DNA from: Monocercomonoides exilis PA203
Taxonomy: Eukaryota > Protista > Preaxostyla
DNA: 64,000 nt
Assembly (NCBI GenBank): GCA_001643675.2
Contig: LSRY02000031.1
Span: forward strand, 806,001 to 870,000
Direction of reading: 5' to 3'
Shown here: in pieces, positions 35,201 to 48,300 of the stretch
Layout: the number at the start of each line of letters is the position of its first letter
How positions within the stretch are numbered: the first letter of the stretch is position 1
Made by a program: the position numbers and the translations under genes
Notes under the pieces: model-generated
The model's input: the letters and a program-made list of their open reading frames with translations, nothing else
The model's database searches: none
What the model was told of the DNA's origin: nothing

Positions 35201-35761
35201 CACTTTCTCGTTTTGTTGCATTGATATCATCAACAAGTTTCAGATTGGCTTCTGTAATTGATTTGTTCTGATCTTTCAGTTGTTCGACATCCTTTTTAAG
35301 ATTTTCTAATTCCTGTTGTAGTGAATTTTCAATTCGATTTTTTTCTTCCTGCGATTCTGAAAGTTGTTTCGAATATTGTTCCTGCTTGATCTTCAATTCA
35401 TTGTTAAGATCTGCCTTTTCCTTTTCCAATAATTGAATTTTACTTTTATTTTCCAATAAGGCTTTATTAGCCTTCTCCATGAGTGTTTTCATTCTCGCCA
35501 ATTTTATTGCATTTTGATCATCAACAGGTGGAGTTGCAGTTGGCTAATTTTCATTTATTTGAAAACAATAAAGATATTAAAATTAAATAAAAGCATACAA
35601 AATAAAAAAGTTAACAAATAAATAATAATGTGAATGCAACCAAACCGCAGCTGGCGTTTCTGGACGACTTTTTTTAAATGATACAAATTTCAAATTAAGA
35701 AACGCAAAATCTTCATTTCAAAGCAAAAGCATAATATAAATGTTGCAAACAGTTCACTCAT
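32279..35761 (-). CDS. GRIP-domain golgin (long coiled coil, Ser-rich linker, C-terminal GRIP)
   Basis: Main exon ~32637-35554 is E/K-rich coiled coil. IDLTYLKNIILKL splices through a GT-AG intron (32417-32636) to QQMFKILAIILKFSPEETQRI...KK* (stop 32279), completing a GRIP motif. Two short predicted 5' introns give MSELRPETPAAPTATPP from the ATG at 35761. Confidence 0.82.
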
Positions 35762-36027
35762 TAAGTTTAACTTCTATAGTTAACTTTCAGTTTCAGCAAA
35801 ATTAAATTTGTCAAAAAAGACTAATCTAAATTAAGGTTATATGAAATTGAAATTTTATATAAAAGATACAAATACTCAATGAATATCCTCATAGACTTTT
35901 AATAAATTAACATCGTAGTGATTGATCTTAAAAAGTGAGATGACGAATGATATTTGAAAAAAAATAAAATTACTTTAAATTTATCTTTATCCAAAAGCAC
36001 AAAAAAATTGATGCTGAATATTAAAAT

Positions 36028-39000
36028 CTACGCATTTACGCTCTCCCTTTTCGCTCTAATGACCTTCCTCTTCCTCTTCTTCTCTCTGAAGAACAGCCAC
36101 TTCATGAGGGACTCCCAGATCCAGGGCCCAAACACCCCCGACAGGATCAGCAGCATCACTTTAACATGAAATGCTCTGTTCGGAAACAGAGTCAGTTCCA
36201 GTTTCTTGTTCAGAACAGGAACACTTTGCGAGCCGAGGAACAAAACCACTCCGATCCCAAAGACAGTCGCAAACGTGAGCATCTTGTGCTCCCCGATGCC
36301 TTCCATAAACGGCTTTCCGGCATAATTTGACACGTAAACAGACAAAGTTTGGGCGCTGTCAACAAGAAACACAACTGTTTTGACAAGTGATGGTGTAAAT
36401 TGCTCAACAGCATTTGCATCGGCGGGCGGATCGGGGAATAATATGGAGCTTACAATAGACAAAGGATTGGGAATGGCTGGCTGTGACTGGTCTGGCTTCA
36501 ATTTTTCTGTGATGTTGAGTGCTTTTGCCTCCGTTTCACTCATCTTCCTCATCTTCCTCTTAACTGAGCTCGTCACATTCTTCCCAACCGCTTTTAACGT
36601 CGCGTTTATTCCGCTGGTGGCGCTAGCGCCGGCCGCTGGCGGATGAGTTGCGGAATTTCCGGCGGTTTTATTTGAAGTGGCATTCACAGCCAGTTGAGTG
36701 ACGTTGATTGCAGTGGCTATGAGAGTTGGAATGGCATTTGTGACATTTGACAGCAAAGAGCTGTTTGAAGAAGAAGAAGAAGAAGAAGACAATGTGGAAT
36801 TAATAGAATTTACTGTATTTGTGGCATTGGCAGTTGAGTTGGAGAAGAGAGAAGAAGAAGAAGAAGCGACGGCGGATGCAGCAGAAATGGTGGTGTTGAC
36901 TGCAAGTTTGACAACTGAAAAAAAAAAAAAGATAATAGAAAATGAGAAATAAATAAAATTTTTTTTTAAAAAAAGAGAGAGAAATAATTTATAAAAAAAG
37001 AGAGAAAGTTACAAAAAAAAAAAAAAAGATTTGCAAAATCCATATTCAAATAAAACAATTTTCCACAAATAATTTGTTTCATTTCCAAAAAAATGAAAAA
37101 AAAAAATAAAAATAAAAATAAATTTTAAATTCTTTTAAACAAACCATCTCCCACATCCCCTCCAATCTTCGTTGGCCCCTCCACGCTCTCCGCCAGCTTC
37201 GTCGCCGCCGAAATCGTCAGCAAATGAATAACACTCTGCCCAATCAACGACGTCATGTGGTACAAGCAGAACACACTCGAAGGCGGGTGTACAGTCGCTA
37301 TTCTTTTCAGAGGCTGTGTCCTTGCCATGAACATCACAAACACAGACACTGCAATTGAAGACACTGTCATCTGCGCCTCAGACGCCCTGATGTTCCTCAA
37401 AGCCAGCACAGACAGCTCATACGCTGTAATCAGAGAAGACAAAGCAAGAATTTTGTAGTTCATCTGCACTGATGCTAATGTCGACCTTCCAAACCGCAGC
37501 AAGTCAAGAACTGAACGCAACGTCCCGTTTCTCGCTGTGAAAGGTGCTGCGGACGATGCATCCCCCATCTTCACCACAATCCCATCTCCATCTCCTTCAC
37601 TTCCTCCTCCTCCATTTTGATTACCATTCTCCCTCGCCGACGCTGCCTCGTCGTGAAGAGACGCGAAAAACGTGCCCAAAATCGGGTTTTCGCGCTGCAT
37701 CTGCATGGCATTTTCGAGTCTTGTCTTCTGCTTGATCATCGCCTCCTGCTGCTTCTGGAGCATCCACCTTCCCATCGGCGTCTGCTGCAACTGTGCTTGA
37801 TATGCTGCCATTTGTGGATTCAGAGCAGGAAGTTGTCCAAAAGAAGAAGTGGAAGAAGAAGAAGTTGCTGTTCCATTTGCAATTGCTTCCATCTGCTTTT
37901 GCCTTTTCTCCGCATCTCTCTTCTTCTTCCGCTCTTTCGCTTCCTTTGCTTCTTTCTTTTGTCTCTTTGCTCTTGCCTTTCGTTCAGCTTCTGTTTCATC
38001 AAAATACCCTTCCCAGTAATCTTCTTCGTCTCTTTTCCTTTTTTGCCTCATTTCTTTCTCCTCTTCATCCAACTCTGCAACTGCTTCAATCTCTTTCTCT
38101 TTGTTCTTCTTTGGCACCACTTTTGCTCTGCTACCTCCTTTCCTCTTATTCGTTCCTGCTTCTCCATTCTCTCCTTCTCCTTCTTTCTCTTCCTTCTCTT
38201 TCTCTTTCTCCTTCCTCTCTTCTTCCTCTTCCTCTTCCTCATCATCATCCCAGTCATCATCTTCATCGCTCTTCTTCGTCACAATCGCCACTCCAACGTG
38301 TGCTGTCTTAATAGCCCTTGTATCGTTGCTCCCGTCTCCACACATCAACACCACATTCTTCTTCCCTTTCCACTCCTTTCTCAGCTCATCTACAACCTCT
38401 TCCTTCTGCGACGGCCTCATCCTCGCAAACACTTTAGTCTGGTTGATGAACGGAGTCAAGGAATAATTTTTGGCTTTCAGCAATTCCAGTCCATCGCCTG
38501 TGATGCACAACTCAGCAGGTGTTGGAAGCACACTGGATGTTGGTGGCTGCGCAAGAAGCGGCCGGGTGGAAGGCAGGCTGTCAAAGGCAGCAGCATTGAT
38601 TGAGGATTTGCTTGTTAATGAAGAAGAAGAAGAGGAGGAGGAGGAAGAAGAAGAAGAAGAAGAAGAAGAGTTTCCATTAGAAATAAATGGATCAACAGCT
38701 TCCCATTCTTCCTTCTCTGGATTCAACAGCCATACTCTGTGCCTTTCTATTCTTTTTTTCTCTCTTTCAATCAAAAACCTCCTTTCTTCATTGCTTTCTT
38801 CATCGTCTTCTTCGTTCTCCTCATCCTTCAGCTTCTTCCCTTTGCTGTTTTTCACCCTCCAGCTCTCCTTCTTCTCCTTCTTCCATTGAATCTTCTTGTG
38901 TTTGCAGCAATTGCAGTCGCATTCGCTTCTTTCGTTCTCTGCACATTCCACACAGCCACACTCACACACACAATCAGGCGAAATAAATCTGTCTTCTCCA

Positions 39001-42000
39001 TTTCCGCTTCTTTCTCCTCCTTTCAATATTCCTCCTAATTTATTCCCTCCTTTCTTCTCTTTCCCTTTCCCTTCTCCTTTTCCTTCTCCTCCTTTCCCTC
39101 CTCCCACAATCAGCAAGTCCTCCCCCACCATCCCAATCTCCCTCGCCACGTGTATTGCTGTCAATGGCGCATCTCCAGTGATCATCACACACTTGTGCCC
39201 GCTCTCCCTCAAAACGCCAATCGTTCTGATGGAATCCTTCTTCAACGGACACGCCACACAAATAAAGCCACAAAAGATCAGATCGCTTTCAACAGCACGG
39301 CGAGGAAGGGAAGAGAAGAAGGAATGTTCAGAAGAAGAAGAAGGAGAAGGAGAAAATGGTTTGTATGCCAATGCTATGACACGGGCGCCTTGGTGGGACA
39401 GCTGGCGATGGAGGGCATCGTAGTTGGCAAGGAAGTCAGCAGAGGCTGAAGATAACATGAGAAATGATCGAATGAAAATTTATTGAAAGAAAAGGTAATA
39501 AATATTAATAAAAAATATGAGAAAATATAATTAATAAATAAATATTAATAAATATTTAAATCATTCGCATGCCACATTCAAAATAGCATCCATTTTGTCC
39601 CCTTTCTCTTTCTCTTTCTCTATCTTTTTCTCTCTTTTTCTCTTTCTCTCCTCCACACCTCTATCATTCCCCACTGCCAATCTCTTTCTCACTGCCTCCG
39701 GTGATCCCTTCGACAGCACCATGTAATTGCGTTCTTGACTCATCTGGCTCTGTCTGTTTGTTCCTCGTGTCACCTCAACCACAGTCGAAGACATCGAAAG
39801 CGTTGCATCAAACACATAGCGACGCAAAATATGCAGTGAAACCTGTTGCTCTTTCTTTGAATGGGAAGAAAATGAAGAAGAAGAATTGAAATTATTTGAA
39901 TTTTCTCCTTTTTTCTGCTTCTCTCCTTCATTTTTCGTTCCTTGCCCATTCATTTTCCTTGTCTGACTTCCACATTCGCTCCATATTTTCCCTCTGCATT
40001 CGTTTCCGCCTTTAAACATCGCCCATTTTGTCCATTCGAACGCTGCTTTGTCGAGCGGATCGCCAACAGGAATACCAACAGACGAAGAAGAGAGAAGAGA
40101 AAGAGAAGAAGAAGAAGAAGATGATGATGATGATGATCTTGATGATGGAGAAGGAGAAGGTGAAGGTGAAGGAGAAGGTGAATGAGCTGAAAGGATTGAC
40201 TGTTTGTTTAGCAGAGTCAGCGTATGACATCCAGACAGAACAAACAAGGTTTCTTCGGGAATTTCATTGGCCTGCTTCAGAGTGAGCGAAAGATCAGCTC
40301 TTGAAAATTGAACTGGTTTATTGTTCTGTTTAGCTGTCTCTTTATCTTCTTTCTTTTCATTTTTCTCATTTTTCTCATTCTTTTCATTTCCTTCTTTATC
40401 TTCCTTCCCCTTCCCCTTCCCATTCCCAATCCCTTTCCCTTTCATCCACTTCTGCCACAGCCCCACCCCTGCCACTCCTTCCACCACAAGCGCGTCTTCC
40501 GTCAGCGTCCCTGTCTTGTCAAAGCAGCAGATGTCAACTTTGCCCGCATCAGTCATCCGATACGGCTCAGTGCAGAACACATTCGACTTCATCAGCTCGG
40601 CCAGCGATGTGTTGATGGCCATGTTCAGCTGGATGGGCAGGTCTGTCGGTATAATCGACGTCACAATCTCAGAAATCTTCAGAAACAGCTTAAAGGGCGT
40701 TGTTTTCTTCTTGTCGGTGTTCAAATAGACATAAACTCCTGTCACACACGCCACAACCAGCAAGACGAGAAGAAACACGAATGACTCTAACGTTCCAGAC
40801 GTCTTCTGCGATGCTGTGAAAATGATTGCTCGCATCAGCTTGCCCTGTGTGGTGGAGAAACCTGTGCGGAGCACAACAGCTATGCACCCGCCATCTGGTG
40901 GAGGAAGTTTGGTAAGCCTGCCTGTTGTTGCATTGATGCGATTTTTCTGTTGTTGTTGCTGTTGTTCTTTGTTTTCGTCTTCGGATGAATCATTTTCGCT
41001 GTTGATGTCTTCTTTCTCTTCTTTCTTTGAAGAAGAAGAAGAAGAAGAAGAAGAAGAAGAATCAGAGCGAACACTTTGGATGACTCCTGTGCCTGCCAGC
41101 AGCATCGATGCTTTTCCCTGTGCAAATGCCTCACTCTTCTCTTTCTCTCTTGCAATCAGACGTTCTTTATCCTTTGAAGAAACAGAAGAAGAAGAAGAAG
41201 AAGAATTTGCCCCTTTCTTCTCATTTTGTTCTTCTCCCAAAAACTTCATTACATTTCCGCTTTTCCTTGCCATGTGCAGTTTGAGCGAGTCTTCCCCAAC
41301 CACATTTCTCAGCCCTTCCTTCACCACAGGCATCGACTCCCCCGTCAGCAGCGCCTCATTCACCACAACTCTTCCTTCCAACAGCACAGCGTCTACAGGC
41401 ACAGCCAGCCCGGTCATCCCTGCCTCCTTTATCGCCCTCTTCCGCCTCCGCTCGGCAGCTCTCTCGCGCTTCTTCCGCATCTTCTCAGGCTCAGTCATCT
41501 CCTTCAGCTGCTCCAGCGCCCTTTCCTGCTTCAGCTGGGCTGTCTGGAAGAAGCCCATGATTTTGTCGATCGGATTCTTCCACCTCCTTTTCTCCGCTTT
41601 CTCCTTCGCAGCCTTCTCGTTCTCAAGCGCCTCCTTCAGCGTGCGCGGGATCTGCGGCGCAGTCGACGAGACGGAGATGACGTCGCCAGGGACGAGCGAA
41701 TCGCTCATCACGACCATCCACGTGTTGTTCCGCAGGACGTAAATCGGCCGGTGGTCGCCGCTCATCGAGCGGATCGTCTTCATGTTGCTGATCTGCTGCT
41801 GCACCCCGATGCACTCAAACACAAGGAGCATAAACAGCGACATCAGCGAAAACCGCCAAAACTCATCAAACATCCACAGGAATATGCACAGAATCTGGAA
41901 TATAAACATCGGAGAAATTATTCGTTCTTTCAGCAGCGATCCAAAAGAAGGAAGAGGAACCGTAAGCGAATTGGAGTGCCACACTCCTAGAGACGGGGGC

Positions 42001-42669
42001 CTTTGCAACGGAGTGTAAAAAGCTCCTTCAGGAACAGTCTGTGAAGCAGGAATAGATAGTCCGCCATTCTTTGCATGATCAAAGTAATCAGAAAAACGAG
42101 ATTGATCAGGAAATGGAATACAAAAGAAATTCTGACGTTTTTCGCTCCAAATGAACAAACGGCGCTGATACGTAAATGAAGGCAAAGGAGGAAGAGATTT
42201 TCCGCTTTTTAGTTCATTCAAAAAATCAGGCAAAACATCTCCATATATTTCCGGAAGCAAAGTACCATAAAGGTTTCCAGGAATTTCAATTTTTTCGATG
42301 GCAACGATCTCTTTATCTCCTGAGTGTGGTAACGGTACAACGTATGCATGAGATGCCAGCATTGGCGGAGCCTAATCCATTTTCAAAAAAATTAAAAAAA
42401 TCAAATCCTGAATTATATGCTTAAACCTTTTTATATTTGATGAAAATTCCATATGAAATAACCCAAGATTGCATAAGAAAATGTAACGATGTTGCAACAA
42501 AAATACCTATCGCAATCCAGAAAGGAATGGACCATAAAAAAGGATTTCCTTTTAAATTATTATTATAAATGAGATTCGACAACGTGGCATATGCAATAAC
42601 CACAAGTAGAATATCAATTCTATGTATTGCTCGTCTTTTTTGAAGTGTCTGCACCGAATGAACCTTCAT
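36028..42669 (-). CDS. ATP13A1: P5A-type P-type ATPase (Spf1/ATP13A1-like), multi-exon, with low-complexity insertions
   Basis: Motifs LTGES, CFDKTGTLT, KGSPE, MITGD, VFARMRPSQKE, MCGDGSND, GDASSAAPFT, YKILALSSLITAY and GKPFMEGI. Exons approx. 42424-42669, 39670-42375, 37140-39450 and 36028-36915, separated by AT-rich introns. Confidence 0.9.
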
Positions 42670-43150
42670 TTAAATTGATAAAAAGGTTCAAAGTTTCAAA
42701 TACTTCAAATTAGGGTTCTCTCATAATTATGAAAATTCAATTTCCACAACGAAAGAATTGTTCGTATTCAAAGAAAATTATTCAAAAATGTGTCTGTGGA
42801 CTATTGGAAAAAAATTATTTATGTTTGTGCAAACTCCTATTAAAGAATTAAATTTTTTTCAGAAGATTTTTTGTTCAGTTAAACCAAAACATTTTCAATG
42901 TGTCAGGATATGAGATTTGTTTGCAGCATATACGTTCAACATTGTCATGAAAGTTTTTGACATATTTTTTTATTTATGGATTGGAAATATCAAATAAAGC
43001 ATGAGCTTGTTGTTTATTCCGAACGGAAACTTATTTATGAACAGAAAAACAAAAAAATATTTTCTCAAAATTTTTATTAGGACTATGAAGTTTTTTTTTA
43101 TGAAAAATAATTTGTTCGAAACTTTTATGAAAAGATAAATATATTTTTCA

Positions 43151-44221
43151 TTATGGAGAATATTCCGAAGTTCTATCTCCATCTCCAGCACCATCTGAAT
43201 CATCATCTTCTAATTTTTTATCAGTTTCATTCTCATCATATCCCTATATATCTTCAACAAAAGGCACATCTTATTCAATTTCGTCATATTCCTTTTTTTC
43301 TGTTTCTTTTTCTGGTTTGTACTTTAAAATATGCTTCATTAGAATCAAATAGCTCAATTTCATAAAGGATTTCACCAGATCAATTTCGATATGATCAAAA
43401 ATATACTTTTTTCTTGTTCCAAAACGTGGAAAAGACGCTCTTAAATGTGACCATCGGCCTTCAATCGCATTTGTGCAGGCATAAGTCTCTTTGTTCTCAT
43501 ATTCTTTCTTATGACAGATGGTTTGATGCCCATATCCAATCTATTCATATCATGAATACGCTCTCCATTCGTCAGAAATGATCATTGTTTTCAACAGAAT
43601 GTATTTTTGGATTATAGGGATCAATGTGTTTTTTCCTTTTCTGTGCAATTGAATAAAGCGAAATCCTACCCCTCCGCCTTCGAGCCTTTCGACGCAGCCA
43701 AAAATCCATATCTGATTCTTCTTTCTTCCTCTTCCATATTTTCGATTTCTCCATATCGCCTCGTCGATTTCAACTATCTTTCCTTTTCCACCAACAACTC
43801 GCTGTGTCGAATTCCTTAATTTTGTGCAGCACACACGAATGACTCTCACCCCAAATCTCACCATTTTTTCACCAACGCTAAGAACTGTTGAAATCTTTGT
43901 AATTGGAATTTTTTGCCAGTAATGCAAACAAGTTAAGAATATTGTTCCTAATGGAGTCTTCATATCCTCAAAAATAGTATTGTTGTTGACTGATGTTTTT
44001 TCCGTGTATTTCGGGAACTTCCAAAATCTGTAGTTAGATACTGTCTTATAACAATTCTTTTGGATTCGATGTTTTGGGCATATAGGGACTTTATTTTCCA
44101 GAATATGAGTGAGAACCCAAGTCCACGTTGAATACTCATTAAAGAACACCTTATTTTGATCAGAAATGCTTTCTGTTCCAAAATGAACAGGAACAAGTTC
44201 CATTTTTTTATTTTTGATCAA
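43151..44221 (-). mobile_element. Decayed ISXO2/IS1595-like (Merlin) transposase
   Basis: GGKGKIVEIDE, RKYGRGR, WIFGCVER, IISDEWRAY. Past in-frame stops it continues HQTICHK...CTNAIEGRWSHLR and an acidic tail. N-terminal CPKH zinc-ribbon remnant. Confidence 0.85.
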
Positions 44222-45366
44222 ATCCTTAAATATTTGAATATGAGAGATATATCAAAAAATATTAATAATGAAACAAACAATTTCCGTTGAAAAAAATACC
44301 ACACAACAACAGTATTATTAGTGAGAATTGCCTTTGTGATGAAAAAATGAAAAATTTCGCATGATCATATTGTTCGCTAAAACATCGTTTGCATAAAAGG
44401 TGAATTAATATGATTGCAACACAGTTGAAGCGCTTTTGAAAGAAGAAAAGGATGAATTTTGGTTCATGAATAATTAGAAGAAATCATTTTATGATATTTT
44501 TGACACAAAGATAAAGGATGAGAAAAACGAAAACAATTCTGAAAAGTTGAAGATGAAACATAGAAAGTCGGAGGTGCTTATTTTGATTGAAGATTTGATT
44601 TTAAAGTGAAACGATACAAGAAATGTGTTCGAAATGACTGACTGATTAATAGCGAATCTATAAAACATATACAGAAGACTATTTTATTATTTGAATTTTC
44701 TAATTTTGCAAGAAAAAAAAAAAAAAAACTGAGATGAATATGAATTTTTATTGTTGAAAAATTGGGAAAAATAAAGAGATTAAAAAACATATATCTTTTA
44801 AAAAATACAAACAAATATACATATAAATAGAAAAACAACTTATAATCATTGTTAAAAAGGATTATCAAAACGATTCCACAAACATAAAACAAGAGAATGA
44901 TGCATTATCCTCTTATCCTTTGTCAAACTCAATTTCTAACAGATAACAGAGATGACCGCCATCCTCCCATTCTGCATTCTCACTGTGTGAAAGAAAAATG
45001 AATTGTTGGAAATGGCAAATGTGAACGAAAAAAGAATATCCCAATAATACTGAATTTGAAACAGAAATCACCAGGTGTGTGCCGATTGGGAAAACTCCGG
45101 TTGTCCAAAGGAAGAAAGTGAAAGCCTCATCATGGCTCGGGACGAAGAATGCAGCGAATGACAATCCACTCCCGAAAGCATGAATCCGATTGGCAATGCA
45201 CTTTTCTTCCCAACGAGACACAAACAAAGGAAGCAATTGCTTTCAAGCAAGCATTCAATTCTTCTCATCCAACATTCTCCCAGCTCCACTTTTCAATTCC
45301 TCATGCTTCTCAAATGCATTTCTCAAATGAAAAAAAAAAAATAAATAAATAAATAAAATCATCATT

Positions 45367-48300
45367 TCATTCCATCCGACTGAAGCTCCCATCTGTGTCT
45401 TCGCTGTCTGCCTCTTCACATCTCGATCCATCTCCAATATCCAACGCGTCTGATGCAGTCACAAACATCGACCCCATCGGCATCTTCATGAACAGCTCCC
45501 GCTTCACATTCCCCAATGTCACCCGCTCATCCCACCCCTGCACCACACACTTCTCCTCCAACTCCCGAAGACTGCTCCCTCCCATCTTCTCCACATTCGG
45601 CCGCTCCCCATTTACTATCTTCTGCCCTGCCACCACTCCCTCATACTCCCCAAACGGGATCTCCAGCGTCAGGCACTCCCACACCATCATCCCAATCGAA
45701 AACACAACCGATTCCTTCGTCGCCCCCATCTTCTTGTTCATCTGCAGCTCTGGCGCCTTCCACCTCAGGCACTCCTTTCTGAACGCATCCTCATCCTCTT
45801 CAAATGCTGATGAGGGAAGGGAGTCATCATCATCATCACCATCATCGTCACTGGCAGATGTTACAACTGTTGATGATGAGATGGAGGATGAATCTGAATC
45901 ATCATCTGACAATAAGTCAGAGTGCATCACAATACAAATCACCATGTGCTCAGAGAACAACACAATGTGGGGACTCAGATTGGCCAATGACTGAAGAGGG
46001 TTTTCCATCTCGTCAAATGAGTGGAGTGCTCCATTCGCCACCCAGAACAACACCTGTGCAGTTGTTTGCTCCCTCTCCTTCAACGAGCCAATCGCCATCT
46101 CCTTCTTCTCGTTCCTTCCATGCAATAGCATGAACAGCGAATCCCTCAGATCCACGATCAGCTTCTCATGAGGAGATGAGCATGCCATCGCATCCACCAG
46201 ATTTGACATCGATGAAGTGGTTGGACACAAATCCTCCCCTCGGACAAATGTTGAATCTGAATCAGTTGTATCCGTTGTTGAGGTGGATGAAATGGAAGGC
46301 GATGGTGATCTCTTTCGAATCTCTTCTTCTTCAACCTTCTCAAGAGCCCAATCGGGAATCTTGTCTGAATCTCTTCCCAGAATGTATTCAGTTAAACCAC
46401 TCTCACTCAATAAATGCTCAGATGACTCTGAGTGTCCCAAGCTTTTCTCATAAACTCTCTTCTTCATCCTCTCTTCATTCTTCTTCTCTGCCTCCCTCTC
46501 CGCTCTTCTCCACTGTTCCTCAGGTGACATCTCCATCGTCACCATCTCAAATGCCTTTGGATCTTTTCTGATGTTGTCATTCACAATCTCTCTCAGATCT
46601 TTGTTCTCGTTCTTTGCTTTTCTCCATCGAACAATGAATATCACTGCCACAATAAGAATGATTAGAAGAACAAATCCCATGATAATCACAATCAACAACA
46701 AATACGATTTCCCTTCTTTTCCTCCTTCAGCAAGCTTTCCTTCTCCATTTGTTTTTGATTCGCTCTTGTTCTTCAGAATGAAAGAATCTGTTGATGATGG
46801 ATTATTTCCATCTCCAAACTGAATGCACACACTCACCTCCACCCCTTCTTCTGCTTCTGTTATCATCTCTTTTGGCAGTCTCCCTTCAACTTCGGTCTCT
46901 GACACATATCCACTTTCATCAAACTCATATTTTTCAATCTGCTTTTCTTCTCCCATCTGCCTCACAACCATGAATGACAAGTCGCATGGAAGCAGCTCCT
47001 TCCCTTTGAACACAATCTCCATTTCTTCTCCCACTTCCTTTGCTTCAACACCATCCAACACTGGAACGAAGAATGGGGATGACCTCTCGGAAATAATTCC
47101 TTCAAAATTGCATCCCTCATTCAGAATCCAAAGTGAAGAATTATCTTTCACCCCATCTCCTCCTTTCAAACTCATCACATTCAATGCTCCAGAATCAGAA
47201 CAAATAATATTTCGACGAAGAGAGGGATATTTATCAATAAATGGATTGTTGTGAAGGAATTCTCCTTTTTCGATAGTCACATTGCTGGAAGATACTGATA
47301 ATCCTCCTGACGAAGAATTCGAAATTGAAACATCCTTCATCATCAATGAAGCATTTTCTGAGTGGACAAGCGATCCATTCCACAGACAGATATCCTTTAT
47401 TGAATTCATATTATCATCTTCGCTTCCTTTCAAAAATGTTCCTTCAAATTCACATAAGTTCATGAGAACATTCGTAGCATTGTTCACATCCATAAAACTT
47501 CCTTTGTCAGACTGAGAATAGCAGTTTGAGCAAGAGCAATTGGAAAGAATAATTTTTGTCGAAGTTGCAAAAGCAGAGAAAATAGAAGGCCCTTCAGATT
47601 TTCTTGAACAATTATTGAATGAGGAGCTTCCAACAGATAGTGTTCCTGAAGTTGAACTGTTTATTGAAATGATGCAACCTTCAGAAAGCTTCACTCCATC
47701 AGCATCAATTCCATTCAATACAATTCTTCCACAATTGCCAGTATCAAACACATTTGAAATTGCCTCAACTTTTTCCAGTCTCACATTATTGATATTTATC
47801 TCATTTCCTCCCAACAGAAAGGAAGGCTTCTTGAACGAAAGCATTGTTATCGTGCAGTTATCAACATGCAGAATCCCCCTTTCAATGCTCAACAATGTTG
47901 AATTGAGAACAATAGCTTCAATGTTTTCTGATTCTCCAACAAAAGAGAAATCAACAAATGAAAGAGAAAGCTGTCCATTTGCTTCATGAATGATAGAATT
48001 GCCTGAATATGAAAACGATTGGCAAAAGTTGAATTTCAATCTTTCTATCCGAACATTCTCCGAGGCTGCGATAAGACTTCCATCATCATTATCATCAACA
48101 ATTGTTGAGTTCAAAAATACCAAGGCAGTTGAAGGAGCTTCCAGGGAGCGGATTATCACATCGTGTGCAGCACATTTTCCAACAATTTCCGTTTGCCTCA
48201 AGATCAATAGCTGTGAGAACAGTGATGGAATGATGTGGTGCATCCCTTCACTCAATGATCTGCAAGGCGCTTCAAACACACCACACTCCCTGCTGTCTTC

